Source: the human T2T-CHM13v2.0 reference genome, Homo sapiens
Assembly (NCBI RefSeq): GCF_009914755.1
Contig: NC_060931.1
DNA length: 64,000 bases
Direction: 5' to 3' (one strand)
Below are positions 14,216 to 29,200 of the stretch, one piece after another. Position 1 is the first letter of the stretch, and every line of letters starts with the position of its first letter. The notes beneath the pieces were generated by a model that was not told the origin of the DNA, did not search any database, and was given only the letters and a program-made list of their open reading frames with translations. The position numbers and the translations under genes were made by a program.

Positions 14216-17200
14216 TGGAATCATCATTGAATGGAATAGAATGGAATTATCATCTAATGGAATCAAACGGAATCATCATCGAATGGAATCGAATGGAGTC
14301 ATCATCAAATGGAATCGAATGGAGACATCATCGAATGGAATCAAAAGGCATCATCATCCAATGGACTTGAACGGAATCATCATCGAATGGACTCGAAAGG
14401 AATCATCATCAAATGGAATCAAATGGAATCATCATTGAATGGAGGCGAATGGAATCATCATCGAATGGAATCGAATGGAATCATCATCGAATGGAATCGA
14501 ATGGAATCATCATCGAATGGAATAGAAAGGTATTATCATCGAATGGAATCAAACGGAATCATCATCGAATGGAAACGAATGGAGTCATCATCGAATGTAA
14601 TCAAAATGCATCATCATCCAATGAACTTGAACGGAAGCATCATCGAATGGACTCAAAAGGAATCATCATCGAATGGAATCAAATGGAATCATCATTGAAT
14701 GGAAGCGAATGGAATCATCATCAAATGGAATCAAATGGAATCATCATTGAATGGAAGTGAATGGAATCATCATCGAATGGAATCGAATGCAATCATCATT
14801 GAATGGAATCGAATGGAATCATCATCGAATGGAATCGAATGCAACCATCATCAAATGGAATTGAATGGAATCATCATTGAATGGAATCGAATGGAATCGT
14901 CAACAAATGTAATCGAATAGAATCATTGTATGGAATCTAAAGGAATCATCATCAAATGGAACTGAATGGGATCATCATTAAATGGAACGAATGGAGTAAT
15001 CATTAAATGGAATCAAATGGACTCTTGATCGAATGGGATCGAATGGAATCATCATCGAATGGAATCAAATGGAATCATCTAATTGAATCGAATGGAAAGA
15101 TCATCAAAAGGAATCGAAGGGAATCATCGAATGGGATCAAACAGAATCATAGAAGGGAATCAAAAAGAATCATCGAATGGATTCGGATGGAATCATCAGC
15201 GAATGGAATTGAATGGAATCATGGAATGGACTCGAATGGAATCATCATTAAATGGAAACCAATGGAATCATCGAATGAATACAAATGGAATCATCATTGA
15301 ATGGAATCAAATGGAATCATCGAATGGCATGGAATGGAATCATCATCGAATGGAATCTAATGGAATCATCGAATGGACTCGAATGGAATAATCAAATAGG
15401 CTTGAGTGGAATCATCTTCGAATGGAATCGAAAGGAATCATCGAATGGACTCGAATGGAATCATCATCAAATGGAAGCAAATGGAATCACCATCAAATGG
15501 AATCGAATGGAATCATCATCAAGTGGAAGCGAATGGAATCATCATCAAATGGAATAGAATGAAATCATCATCGAATGGAATCATCATCGAATGGAATCAT
15601 CATCGAATGGAATCACCAAATTGAATCGAATGGAATGATCATCGAAGGCAATCGAAGGGAAACATCAAATGGGATTGAACGGAGTCATTGAATGGAATCG
15701 AGAGGAATCATCGAATCAACTCAAATGGAATCATCATCGAATGGAATAGAATAGAATCATCGAATGGACACGAATGGAATCATCATCAAATGGGATTGAA
15801 TGGAATCATCAAATGGACACGAATGGAATGAACATTGAATGGAAACAAAAGGAATCATCAAATGGCATCGAATGGAATCATCGAATAGAATCAAATGGAA
15901 TAATCGAATTTACTCGAATGGAATCATTGAATGGACTCAAGAGTAATCATCATCGAATGGAATCGAATACAGTCATCAAATGGACTCGAATGGAATCCTC
16001 ATCGATTGGAATCGAATGGAATCACTGAATGGAGTTGAAGGGAATCATCATGGAATGGAATCGAATGGAATCATCGAATGGAGTCAAATGTAATCATCAG
16101 CAAGTGGAATGGAATCGAATGGAATCATGGAATAGCATCAAATGGAATCATCATCGAATGGAGTCAAATGGAATCATCAAATGAACTCAAATGGAATCAT
16201 CATAGAATGGGATCACATGGAATCTTTTAATGGACCCGAATGGAATCATCATCGAATGGAATCGAATGGAGTCATCATCGAATGCAATTGAATGGAATCG
16301 TCATCGAATGGAATCGAATGGAACCATCAACGAATGGAATTCAAAGGAATCATCATCGAATGGAACCAAATAGAATCATCAAATGGACTCGAAAGGAATC
16401 ATCAAATGGACTCAAAAGGAATCGTCATGAAATATAATTGAATGGAATCATCAAACAGAATTGAATCAAATCTTCATCAAAAGAAATCAAATGGAATCAT
16501 CAAATGGACTCGATTGGAATCAACATGGAATGGAATCAAAAGGAATCATGGAATGAACTCAAAGGGAATCATTGAATGGAATTTAAAGGAATCATCATCA
16601 AATGTAATCAACTGGAAACACTGAATGGAATCGAATGGAATCATCATAGAAAATAATCGAATAGAATAACCGAATGGAATCACATGCAATCAACATCAAA
16701 TGGAATCAAATGGAATCATAGAATGACATCGAATGGAATCATCATCGAATGGAATCAAAGGGAATCATCATCAAATGGAATCAAAAGCAATCAATGAATG
16801 GACTTGAATAGAATCATCAAATGATTTTGAAGGGAATCCTCATCAAATGGAATAGAATGGAACCATCGAATGGACTCGAATGGAATCATCATCGAATGGA
16901 ATCAAACGGAATCATCACATGGACTCCAATGGAATCATCATCAAATGGGATCATCATCAAATGGAATCAAATGGAATCATCGAATGGACACGGAAGGAAT
17001 GAACAAATGGACTCAAATGGAAACATCAAATAGAATCGAATGGAATCATCGAAAGGAATCAAAAGGAATTATCGAATGGACTCGAATGGAATCATTGAAT
17101 GGACATGAATGGAATTATCATCAAATGGAATCGAATGGAATCATCAAATGGACTCGAATGGAATCATTGAATGGACTCGAATGGAATCATCAAATGGACT

Positions 17201-20200
17201 CAAATGGATTCATCAAATGGAATCAAACTGAATCATCATTGAATGGAATCGAATGGAATCATCGAATGGAATTGAAGGCAATCATCGTCGAATGGAATCG
17301 AATGGAATCATCATCAAATAGAATCGAATGGAATCATCAAATGGAATCGAATGGAATCATCATCAAATGGAATTGAGCGGAATCATCGAATGGAATCAAA
17401 TGGAATCATTGTCGAATGGAATGGAATGGAATCATTGAATGGAATTGAATGGGATCACCAATGAACGGAATCAAATGGAAACATCTTCTAATGGAATCGA
17501 AAGGAATCATCAAATGGACTCGAATGGAATCATCATCAAATGGAATCGTGTGGAATCGTTGAATGAACTGGAAATGAATCATAATCAAATGGAATCAAAA
17601 GGAATCATCATCGAAAGGAATCACATTGAATCATCATAGAATGGAATCATACGGAAACATCACAGAACAGAATTGCATGGAATCATCAATTCGACTCAAA
17701 TGGAATCATCAAATGGACTCGAAGGGAAGTGTCGAATGGACTCGAACAGAATCATCATCAAACGGAATAGAATGGAATCATCAAAAGGACTTGAATGGAA
17801 TCATCAAATGGACTCGAAGGGAATCATTATTGAATGGAATTGAATAGAGTCATCGGATGGACTCGAATGGAATCATCATTGAATGGAATTGATTGGAAAC
17901 ATCGAATACACTCGAATGGAATAATCATCTAATGGAATTGAATGGAATCATTGAATGGACACGAATGGAATCATCATCAAATGGAATCCATTGGAATCAT
18001 CAAATGTAATCGAATGGAACTATCAAGTGGAATCGAATGGAATCATCTTTGAATGGAATTGAATGGAACCATAGAACTGAATCGAATGCAGTCATCATTG
18101 AATGGAACTGAAAGGAATCATTGAATGGAATCCAATGGAATCACCATTGAATGCACTCTCATGGAATCATCATTGAATAGAATCGAAAGGAATCATTGAA
18201 TGGACTCGAATGGAATCATCATCGAATGGGAATGGAATCGAATGGAATCATCAAATGGAATCAAATGGAATCATCATCAAATGGAATCAAATGGAATCAT
18301 TGAATGGAATCGAATGGAATCATAATTGAATGGATTCGAACAGAATCATCGAATGAAATAGAATGGAATCAACAACAAATGGAATTGAAAGGAATCTTAG
18401 AATGGCATCGAATGGAATCATTATCTAATGGAAAGGAATGGAATAAGCATCGAATGGAGTAGAATGGAATCATTGAATGGACACAAATGGAATCATGATC
18501 GAATGGAATCGAATGGAATCACCCAATGGACCCGAATGGAATCATCATTGAATGGAATAGAAGGGAATCATCATCGAATGGAATCAAATGGAATCATCCA
18601 ATGGACACGAATGGAATCATCTTTGAATGGAATAGAATGGAATTATTATGGAATGGAATCGAATGGAATCATCTAATGAACCCGAATGGAATCATCATTG
18701 AATGGAATAGAATGGAATCATCAAGTGGAATTGAATAGAATCTTCATCATATGGAATCCAGTGCAATCATCGAATGGACTCGAATGTAATAATTGGAGAA
18801 TGGAATCAAATGGAATCATCGAATGTACTCGAATGGAATCACCATCGAATGGAATCAAATGGATTCATCTAATGGACCCAAATGGAATCACCATCGAATG
18901 GAATCGAATGGACTCATTGAAGGGACTCAAATGGAATCATCATCGAATGGAATCAAATGGAATCATCGAATGGATTCGAATGGAATCATCATGGAATGGA
19001 ATGGAATGGAATCATCAAATGGATTAGAATGGAATCATCATTGAATGAAATCAAATGGAATCATTGAATGGCATCAAATGGAATCATCATTGAATGGAAT
19101 CAAATGGACTGATCTAATGGACTTGAATGGAATCGTCGTTGAATGGAATCAAATGGAAACATCGAATGGACATGAATGGTATCATCATCGAATGGATTCG
19201 AATGGATTCATCATCAAATGTATTCGAATAGAATCATCATCGAATGGAATCGAATGGAATCATCGAATGGAATAGAATGGATTCATCTTCGAATGGAATC
19301 AAATAGAATCATTGAATGCAACCAAATGGAATCATCATTGTATGGAAACGATTGGAATCATCATCGAATGGAATTGAATAGAATCATCATCGAATGGAAT
19401 GGAATGGAATCATCGAATGGACATTAATGGAACAATGATCAAATGGAATCGAATGGAATCTTCAAATGGACTCAAATGGAATCATCATTGATTGCAGTCG
19501 AATGGAATCATCATCAAATGGAATTGAAAGGAATCATCATCGAATGGAATCGAATAGAATCATCAAATGAAATGGAATGGAATCATCATTGAATGGAATA
19601 TAATGCAATTATCATCAAATGGAATCGAATGGAAACATCGAATGTAATTGAATGGAATCACCATTAAATGGAATCGAATGGAATCATCATCAAATAGAAC
19701 TGAAAGGAATAATTGAACATACCCGAATGGAGTCATCATCGAATGGAATTAAATGGAATCATTTAATGGACACGAATGGAATCATCATCAAATGGAATTG
19801 AATGGAATCATCGAATGGACTCGAATGGAATCATCATCGAATATGATCGAAAGCAATCATCAAGTGGATTCAAATAGAATGATCAAATGGACTCGAATGG
19901 AATCATCATTGAATGAAATCAAAAGGAATCATCGAATGGACTCGAATGCAATCATCAATGAATGGAATCAAATGGAATCATCGAATGGAATCGAACTGAA
20001 TCATCATCATATGTAATCGAATGGAATCATCGAATGGACTCGAATGGAATCATCATCGAATAGATTTGAATGGAATCATCGTATGGACTTGAAAGGAATC
20101 ATCATCAAATGGAATCGAAAGGAATCATCGAATAGAATTGAATGTAATTATTATCAAACGAAATCGCATTGAATCATCGAACGGACTCGAATTGAATCAT

Positions 20201-23200
20201 CATCTAATGGAATCGAATGGAGTCATCGACTGGACTCGAATGGAATCATCATTGAATGGAATGGAATGGAATCATCAAGTGGATTAGAATGGAATCATCA
20301 TCGAATGAAATCAAATGGAATCATTGAATGGAATAGAAGGGAATCATCTTTGAATGGAATCAAATAGAATCATCCAATGAAATCAAATGGAATCATCTTT
20401 GAATGGAATCGAATGGAATCATTATGTAATGGAATTGAATAGAATCATCATCGAATGGAATGGAATGGAATCATGGAATTGACACGAATGGAATCTTCAT
20501 TGATTGGAATTGAAAGGAATCATCGAACAGACTCAAATGGGATCATCATCAAATGGAATCCATTGGAATCATCAAATGGAATCGAAAGGAATTATCAAAT
20601 GGAATCGAATGGAATCACCTTTGAATAAAATCAAATGGAATCATCAAATGGAATCTAATGCAATCATCCTCGAATGGAATCGAATGGAACCATAGAATGC
20701 AATCGAATGGAATCATCATTGAATGGACTCATATGGAATAATCATTGAATAAAATCTAAAGGAAATACCGAATGGAGTCAAATGGAATAATTGTCGAATG
20801 GAATCGAATGGAATTAACGAATGGAACCGAATGGAATGAGCATCGAATGCAATTGAATGGAATCATCATTGAAAGGTATCAATTTAAATCATCAAAGAAT
20901 GGAATACAATGGAATCTTCATCGAATGGAACCAAATGGAACCATCAAATGGCCTCTAATGGAATCATCGAAGGGACTCGAATGGAATCATCATTGAATGG
21001 AATCAAAAGGAATCATCTTTGAATGGAATCAAATGGAATCATCGAATGGAATCAAATGCAATCATCATCGAATGGAATCGAAAGGATTCATTGAATGGAA
21101 CCGAATGGAATCACCATTGAATGCACTTGCATGGAATCATCATCGAATAGAATCGAAAGGAATCATCAAATGGACTGGAATGGAATCATCATCAAATGGA
21201 ATCGAAAGGAATCATCGAATGGAATCAAATGGAATCATCATCAAATGTAATAAAATGGAATTATAGAATGGAATCAAATGGAATCATCGAATGGAATTGA
21301 AAGGAATCATTGAATGGACTCGAATGGAATAATCATTGAATGGAATCGAATGGAAACATCATGGAATGGAATAGAATGGAATCATCGAATGTAATCATGC
21401 TCAAAAGGGATTGAATGGAATCATCAAATGGACTCGAATGGAATCATCATCGAATGAAATCATATGGAATCATCGAATGCAACTGAATGGAATCATTGAA
21501 TGGACTCGAATGGAATTATCATTGAATGGAATTGAATGGAATCATTGAAGGCACTTGAAAGGAATCATTGAATGGACTCGAAAGGAATCATCATCAAGTG
21601 GAATCGAATGGAATCATTGAATGGACTCGAATCTTTGAAAGGACTCGAATGGAATCATCATTGAATCAAACCTAATGCAATCATCAAATGGCCTCGAATG
21701 GAGTCCTCATCGAATGAAACAGAAAGGAGTCACCAAATGGAATCGAATGCAATCATCGAATGGTCTCAAATTGAGTCATCATTGAATAGAATCGAATGGA
21801 ATCATCAAATGGACTCGAATGGAATCATTGTCGAATGGAATTGAATGGAATCATCAAATGGACTCGAATGGAATCATCATCAAATGGAATCGAATGGAAT
21901 CATTGAATGGAAACGAAATGAATCATCATCGAATGGAATCACATGAAATCATCGAATGGCATCAAACGGAATCATCATTGATAAGAATCAAATGGAATCA
22001 CCTAATGGAAAAGAATGGAATCACAATCGAATGGAATCGAATGGGGTCATTGAATACAATCGAATGGAATCATCATTGAATGGAAGAGGATGAAATCATC
22101 ATAGAATGGAATCGAAAGGAATTATTGAATGCACTTGAAAGGAAACATCAAATCGATTCGAAAGTAATCATCATCATGTGGAATTGAATGGAAGCATCGA
22201 ATGGACTCGAATTGAATCCTTGAATGAACTCGAATGGAATCATCATCGAATGGAATCTAATGGACTAATTGAATGGACTCGAATGGAGACATCATCTAAT
22301 GGAATCGTATGGAATCATCGAATAGACACAAATCGAATCATCGAATGGACTCAAAAGGAATCATTATCAAGCGGAATCAAATGAAATCATCAAACGGACT
22401 CAAATGCAATCATCAAATGGCCTCGAATGGAATCATCATCGAATAGAATCGAATCAAGTCATCAAATGGACACGAATGGAATCATCATCGAATGGAATTG
22501 AATGGAATCATCGAATAGAATCGAATGGAATCATAATCAAATTGAATCAAAAGGAATAATCAAATGGACTTCAAAGGAATCATCAAATGGACTCAAATAG
22601 AATCATCATCGAACCGAATTGAATGGAATCATTAAATGGATCCGAATGGAATCAATATCAAATGGAATTGAATGGAATCATTGAATGAACTCAAATGGAA
22701 TCATCATCAAATGGAATCGAAAGGAATCAGGGAATGGAATCGAAAGGAATCATCATCGAATGGAATGGCATGGAATCATCAAATGGCATCAAACGGAATC
22801 ATAATCAGAAAGAATTGAACGGAATCATCCAATGGACACGAATGGAATCAATATCAAAAGGAATCAAATGGAGACGTTGAATGGAATCGAATGCAATCAT
22901 CACGGAATGGAATTGAATGGAATCATCATCGAATGGAATCGATTGGAACTATTGAATGGAATTGAATGGAACCATCAAATTGAATCGAATGGAATCATGA
23001 TCGAATGGAGCAAATGGAATCATCATCGAATGGAATTGAATGGAATCATCATTGAATGGAGTCGAATGGAATCATCATCGAATGGAATCGAATGGAATCA
23101 CCATCGAATGGAATGTTATGGAATCATCGAATTGACTCGAATGGAATCAATGATTGGAATCGAATGGAATCATCATCGAATGAAATAAAGTGGAATAATC

Positions 23201-26200
23201 GAATGGACTCAAATAGAATGATCATCGAATGGAATCGAATGAAATAATGGAACACACTCAAATTTAATCATCGAATGGACCCAAAAGGAATCAACGTCAA
23301 GTGGAATCGAAAGGAAACATCGAATGGACTTGAATGGAATCATCGAATGGACTCGAATGGAATCATCATCGAATGGAATCGAATGGAATCATCAAATGAA
23401 CATGAATGGAATCATCATCGAATGGAATCAAGTAGAATCATCGAACAGATTCGAGTGGAATCATCATTGAATGGAATCGAATGCAATCATCAATGAATGA
23501 TGAATGAATGGAGTCATTGAATGGAGTCCGTTCGAATCATCATCGAATGGAACCGAATGCAGTCATCATCAAATGGAATCAGATGTAATTATCGCATGGA
23601 CTCGAATGGAATCATCATCGAATGGAATCGAATGGAATCATTGAATGGACTCGAACGAAATCATCATCAAATGGAATCGAATGGAAACATCTAATAGACT
23701 CTAAAGGAATCATCATCGAATGAATTCGAATGGAATCACCGAATGGACACGAATGGAATCATCATCGTATAAAATCGAATGGAATCACCGAATGGGGTCG
23801 AATGGAATATCATCGAATGGAATCAAAAGCAATCATCGAATGGACTCAAATGGAGCTACTGAATGGAATCATTGAATGGACTCAAAAGGAATCATCATCA
23901 AATGGCCTCATATGGAATGATTGAATGGACTCGAATGGAATCATGGATTGGACTCAAATGGAATTATCCATTGGGCTCAAATGTAATCATTGAATGGACT
24001 CGAATGGAATCATTATTGAATTGAATCAAATGGAATCATCAAATGGAATCGCATGGAATCATCAAATGGAATTGATCAGAATCACCATCAAATGGAATCA
24101 AATGGAATCATAGAATGGAATCCAATGCAGTCATCATCGAATGGACTCGAATGGAAACATCATCAAATGGCATCAAATGGAAACATCATTGAATGGAATC
24201 TAATGGGATAATGGTATGGACTCGAATGGAATCATCGAATGGAGTCAAATGGAATCATCATCGAATATAATGTAATGGAATCATCGAATAGCATCGAATG
24301 GAATCATTGTCAAATGCAGTCGAATGGAATCATCGAATGGACGCGAATGGAATCATCACGCAATGTAATCGAATGGAAACTTCGAATGGACCCGAATGGA
24401 ATCATCATCAAATGCAATCAAATGGAATCATCATCGAATGGAATCGAATGAAATCATCATTGAATGGAATCGAATAGAATCATCCAATGGAATAGAATTG
24501 ATGCATCATCGAATGAAATCAAATAGAATCATTGAATGAAAATGAATGGAATAATCATCGAGTGGAATCTATTGGAATCATGAATGAATGGAATGAATGG
24601 AATCATAGAATGGAATCCAAATTAATCATCATCAAATTGAATCCAGTGGAATCATTAAATGGACTCTAATGGAATCATCAAATGGATTTGAATGCAATCA
24701 TCATCGAATGGAATAGAATGGTATCATCGAATGCAATCAAATGGGATCATCATCGAATTTTATCGAATGGATTCATCGAATGGACACGAATGCAATCATC
24801 ATCGAATGGAATCGAATGGAATCATCTAATGGACGCGAATGGATCATCATTGACTGGAAATGATTGGAGTCATCATCGAATGGAATCGAATGGGATAATC
24901 ATTCAATGGAATCGAATGGAATCATCTATTGGGATAGAATGGAATGATCATCAAATGAAATAGAATAGAGTTATAGAAAGAAATCGAATTGAATCGTCAT
25001 CGAATGGAATCTAATGGAATCTTTATCGTATGGAACTGAGTGGAATCATCATCAAATGAAACCAAATGGAGTCATCATCGAATGGAATCAAATGAATCAT
25101 CATCGAGTGGAATCGAATGGAATAATCAATGAATGGAATGGAATGGAATCATCAAATGGAATCTAACGGAATTTTCATCACATGGAACCGAATGGAATCA
25201 TCATCAAATGGAACCTAATGCAGTCATCATCAAATGGAATCGAAAGGAATCAGCATCAAATGGAAGTGAATAGAATCATCATCGAATGGTTTTGAATGGA
25301 ATCAGCATTGAATGTAATCAAATGGAATCATCGAATGGAATCGAATGGAATGATCATCAAATGGAATTGATGGGAATCACCAAATGGAATCAAGCAGTAC
25401 GATTGAATGGATTTCTATAGAATCATTCCATGGACACGAATGGAATCATCATCAAATGGAATCATCGAATGGAATCATCAAATAGAATTGAATGGAATCA
25501 ACATTGAATGGAAGCGAATTGAATCATCGAATGGAATCCAATGGAATCATCCTCGAATGGAATCAAATAGAATCATTAAATGGAATCGAATGGAATCCTC
25601 ATCGAATGTAATTGAATGGAGTCATAGAATGGTATCGAATGGACTCATCATCAAATGGAATCGAATGGAGTGATAGAATAGTATCAAGTGGAATCATCAT
25701 CAAATGGAATCGAATGGAATCATCATAGAATGGAATCGAAAGCAAATATCGAATGGATTCAAACAGAACCATTGATTGGACATGCATGGAATCATTATCC
25801 AATGGAATGGAATGGAATCAACGAAGGGAATCAAATGGAATAATCATCGAATCAAATCCATTGGAATCATCTAATGGAATGAATAGAATACTCATTGAAT
25901 GGAATCGAATGTAATAATCAAATGGACATGAATGGAATCCTCATTGAATGGAAGGGGATGGAATCATCGAATGGAGTCAAATTTAATCATCATCAAATGG
26001 AAACAAATGGAATCATTGCGGAACAGACTAGAATGGAATCATTGAATGGACTCGAATGGAATCATCGAATGGATTCAAATGCAATCATCATCAATGGAGT
26101 CGAATGGAATGAAAATCTTACAGAATCAAAAGGAATCATCATTGAGAGGAATTGAAGTGAATCATCGAATGGAATCAATTTGAATCATCAAATAAAATCG

Positions 26201-29200
26201 AATGGAATCATCATCGAATGGACTTGAATTGAATCATAATGGGATGGAATTGAATGGAATCATCAAATAGACTCAAATGGAATGATTGATTGGACTCAAA
26301 TGGAATCATCATCGAATGGATATGAATGGAATCATCATTGAATGGATATGAATGGAATCATCATCGAATGTAATCAAATGGAATCATCAATGAACGGAAG
26401 CGAATGCAATCATCATCAAATGAAATCGGATGGAATCAATGAATGGCATCGAATGGAATCATCACCGAATGGAATCGAATGGAATCACTGAATTGACACG
26501 AATGGAATCATCATCGATTGGAATCGAATGGAATCATTGAATGGACTCGAATGGAATCATCATCGAATGGAATTAACTGGAATCAACATCGAATGGAATG
26601 AATGGAATCATCATGGAATGGAATCATCGAATGGAATCGGAAGAAATCATGATCGTATGGAACCAAATGGAATCATCATCAAATGGAACCAAATGAAGTC
26701 ATCATCGAATGGAATCGAATGGAATCATAGAAAGGGATCAAACGGAATCATCGAAGGGAATGGAATGGAATCATCGAACGGATTCGTATGGAATCATCAT
26801 AGAATGGAATTGAATGCAATCATGGAATGGACACGAATGGAATCATCATCAAATGGAATCGAATGCAATCATCGAATGGACACAAGTGCAATCATCCTTG
26901 AGTGGAACTGAATGGAATCATCGAATGGCATCCAATCTAATCATCATCGAATGAAATCTAATGGAATCATAGAATAGACTCTAATGGAATCATCGAGTGG
27001 ACTTAAGTGGAATCATCATCAAATGGAATCGAATGGAATAATCATGGAATGGAATCAAAAGCAATCATCCTCGAATGGACTCGAATGAAATCATCGAATG
27101 TACTCTAATGGAATCATCAAATGGAATTGAATGGAATCTTCGAATGGCCCCAAATGGAATCATCATCGAATGGAATCAAATGTCATCATTGAACGGACTC
27201 CAGTGGGATCATGATCGAATGGAATCAAATGGAATCATCTAATGGAATTGAATGGAATCATAATTGAATGAAAACGAATGGAATCATTGAATGACGTCAA
27301 ATGGAATCATCATCCAATGGAATCGAATGGAATCATCGAATACACTCGAATGCAATCATCAGCGAATGGAATTGAATGGAATCATTGAATGGGCTCGAAT
27401 GGAATCATCATCGAATGGAATCAAATGGAATCATTGAATGGAATCATAATCGAATATAATCGAAAGCAATCAACAAATGGATTCGAATAGAATCATCGAA
27501 TGGCTCTAATGGAATCATCATCGAATGGAATCAAATGGAATTATCTAATGGACCTGAATGGAATCGTCATCAAATGGAATCAAATGTAATCATCAAATGG
27601 ACTCGAATGGAATCATCATCTGATGTAAACAAATGGAATCACTGAAAGGACTCGAATGGAATCATCATCGATTGGAATGAAAGGGAATCCGTAAATGAAC
27701 TCGAATGGAATCATCATCGAATGGAATTGAATGGAATCATTGAATGGATTCAAAAGGAATCATCATCGAATGAAATTGATTGGAATCACTGAATGGACAC
27801 GAATGGAATCATCGTTGAATGGAATCAAATGGAATCATCGAATTGACTCAAATGGAATCATCGTCGAATGGAGTTGAAAGCAATCATCGAATGGATTCAA
27901 ATGGAATTATCAAATGGACTCGAATGGAATCATCGAATGCACTCCAATGGAATCATCATCGCACGGACTCTAACGGAATGATCGAACGGACTCTAATGGA
28001 ATCATTGAATGGAAATGAATGGAATCATTGATAGGACTCAAATGGAATCATCGAATGGACATGATTGTAATCATTATCCAAGGGAATCAAATGGAATCAT
28101 CGAATGGAATTGCTCGGAATCATCATCGAATGGAATCGAAAGCAATCATCATCGAATGGAATCGAATGGAATCATCATCGAATAGAATAGAATGAAATCA
28201 TCGAATGGAAACAAATGGAATCATCATCGAATGGAATCGAATGGAATCATCGAATGGAATCAAATGGAATCATCATCTAATGGAATCTAAATGAATTAAC
28301 ATCAAATGTAGTGGAATGGAATCATTATTGAATGGAATCCGAAGGAATCATCATCGAATGGAACCGAACGGAATCGTCATCGAATGGAACCAAAAGGGGT
28401 CATTAACGAATGGAATTGCATGGAATCATCACCGAATGAAATCGAATGGAATCATCATCAAATGGAATCTAATGGAATAATCATCGAATGAATTGAATGG
28501 AATCATCGAATGGACTCAAATGGAATTTTCATCAAATGGAATGGAATGGAATCATTATCAAATAGAATCGAATGGGATCATCAGATTAAATCAAATGGAA
28601 TCATCGCCAAAACGAATAGAAATAAAACAAAGAATAGAATCCAATGGTATCATTGAATGGAATTGAAGGGAATCATCATTGAATGGACTCGAATGGAGTC
28701 ATCATCTAATGGAAACGAATGGAATCATTTAATGGACTCGAATGTAATCATTGAATGCACTTGAACGGAATCATTGAATGGAATTGAATGGAATCATCAC
28801 TGAATGAAATCAAATGGAATCATCGAATGGACTCGAATGGAAATATCATCAAATGGAGTCGAATGAAATCATGGAATGCACTCGAATGGAATAATCGAAT
28901 GGACTCAAGTGGAATCAACATCGAGTGGAATCAAAAGGAAACGTCAAATGGACCTCAATGGAATCATTGAATGGACTCGAATGGAATCATCAAATGGAAT
29001 TGAAAATAATCTTCGAATAGACTTGAATGGAATCATTGAATGTACTTGAATGGAATCATCATCGAATGGAATCAAATGGAATCATCGAACGGACCCGAAT
29101 GGAATCACCATCGAATGGAATCTAATGGAATCATTGAATGGACCCGAATGGGATCACCATCGAATGGAATCGAATGGAATCATCGAATAGAATCCAATGG

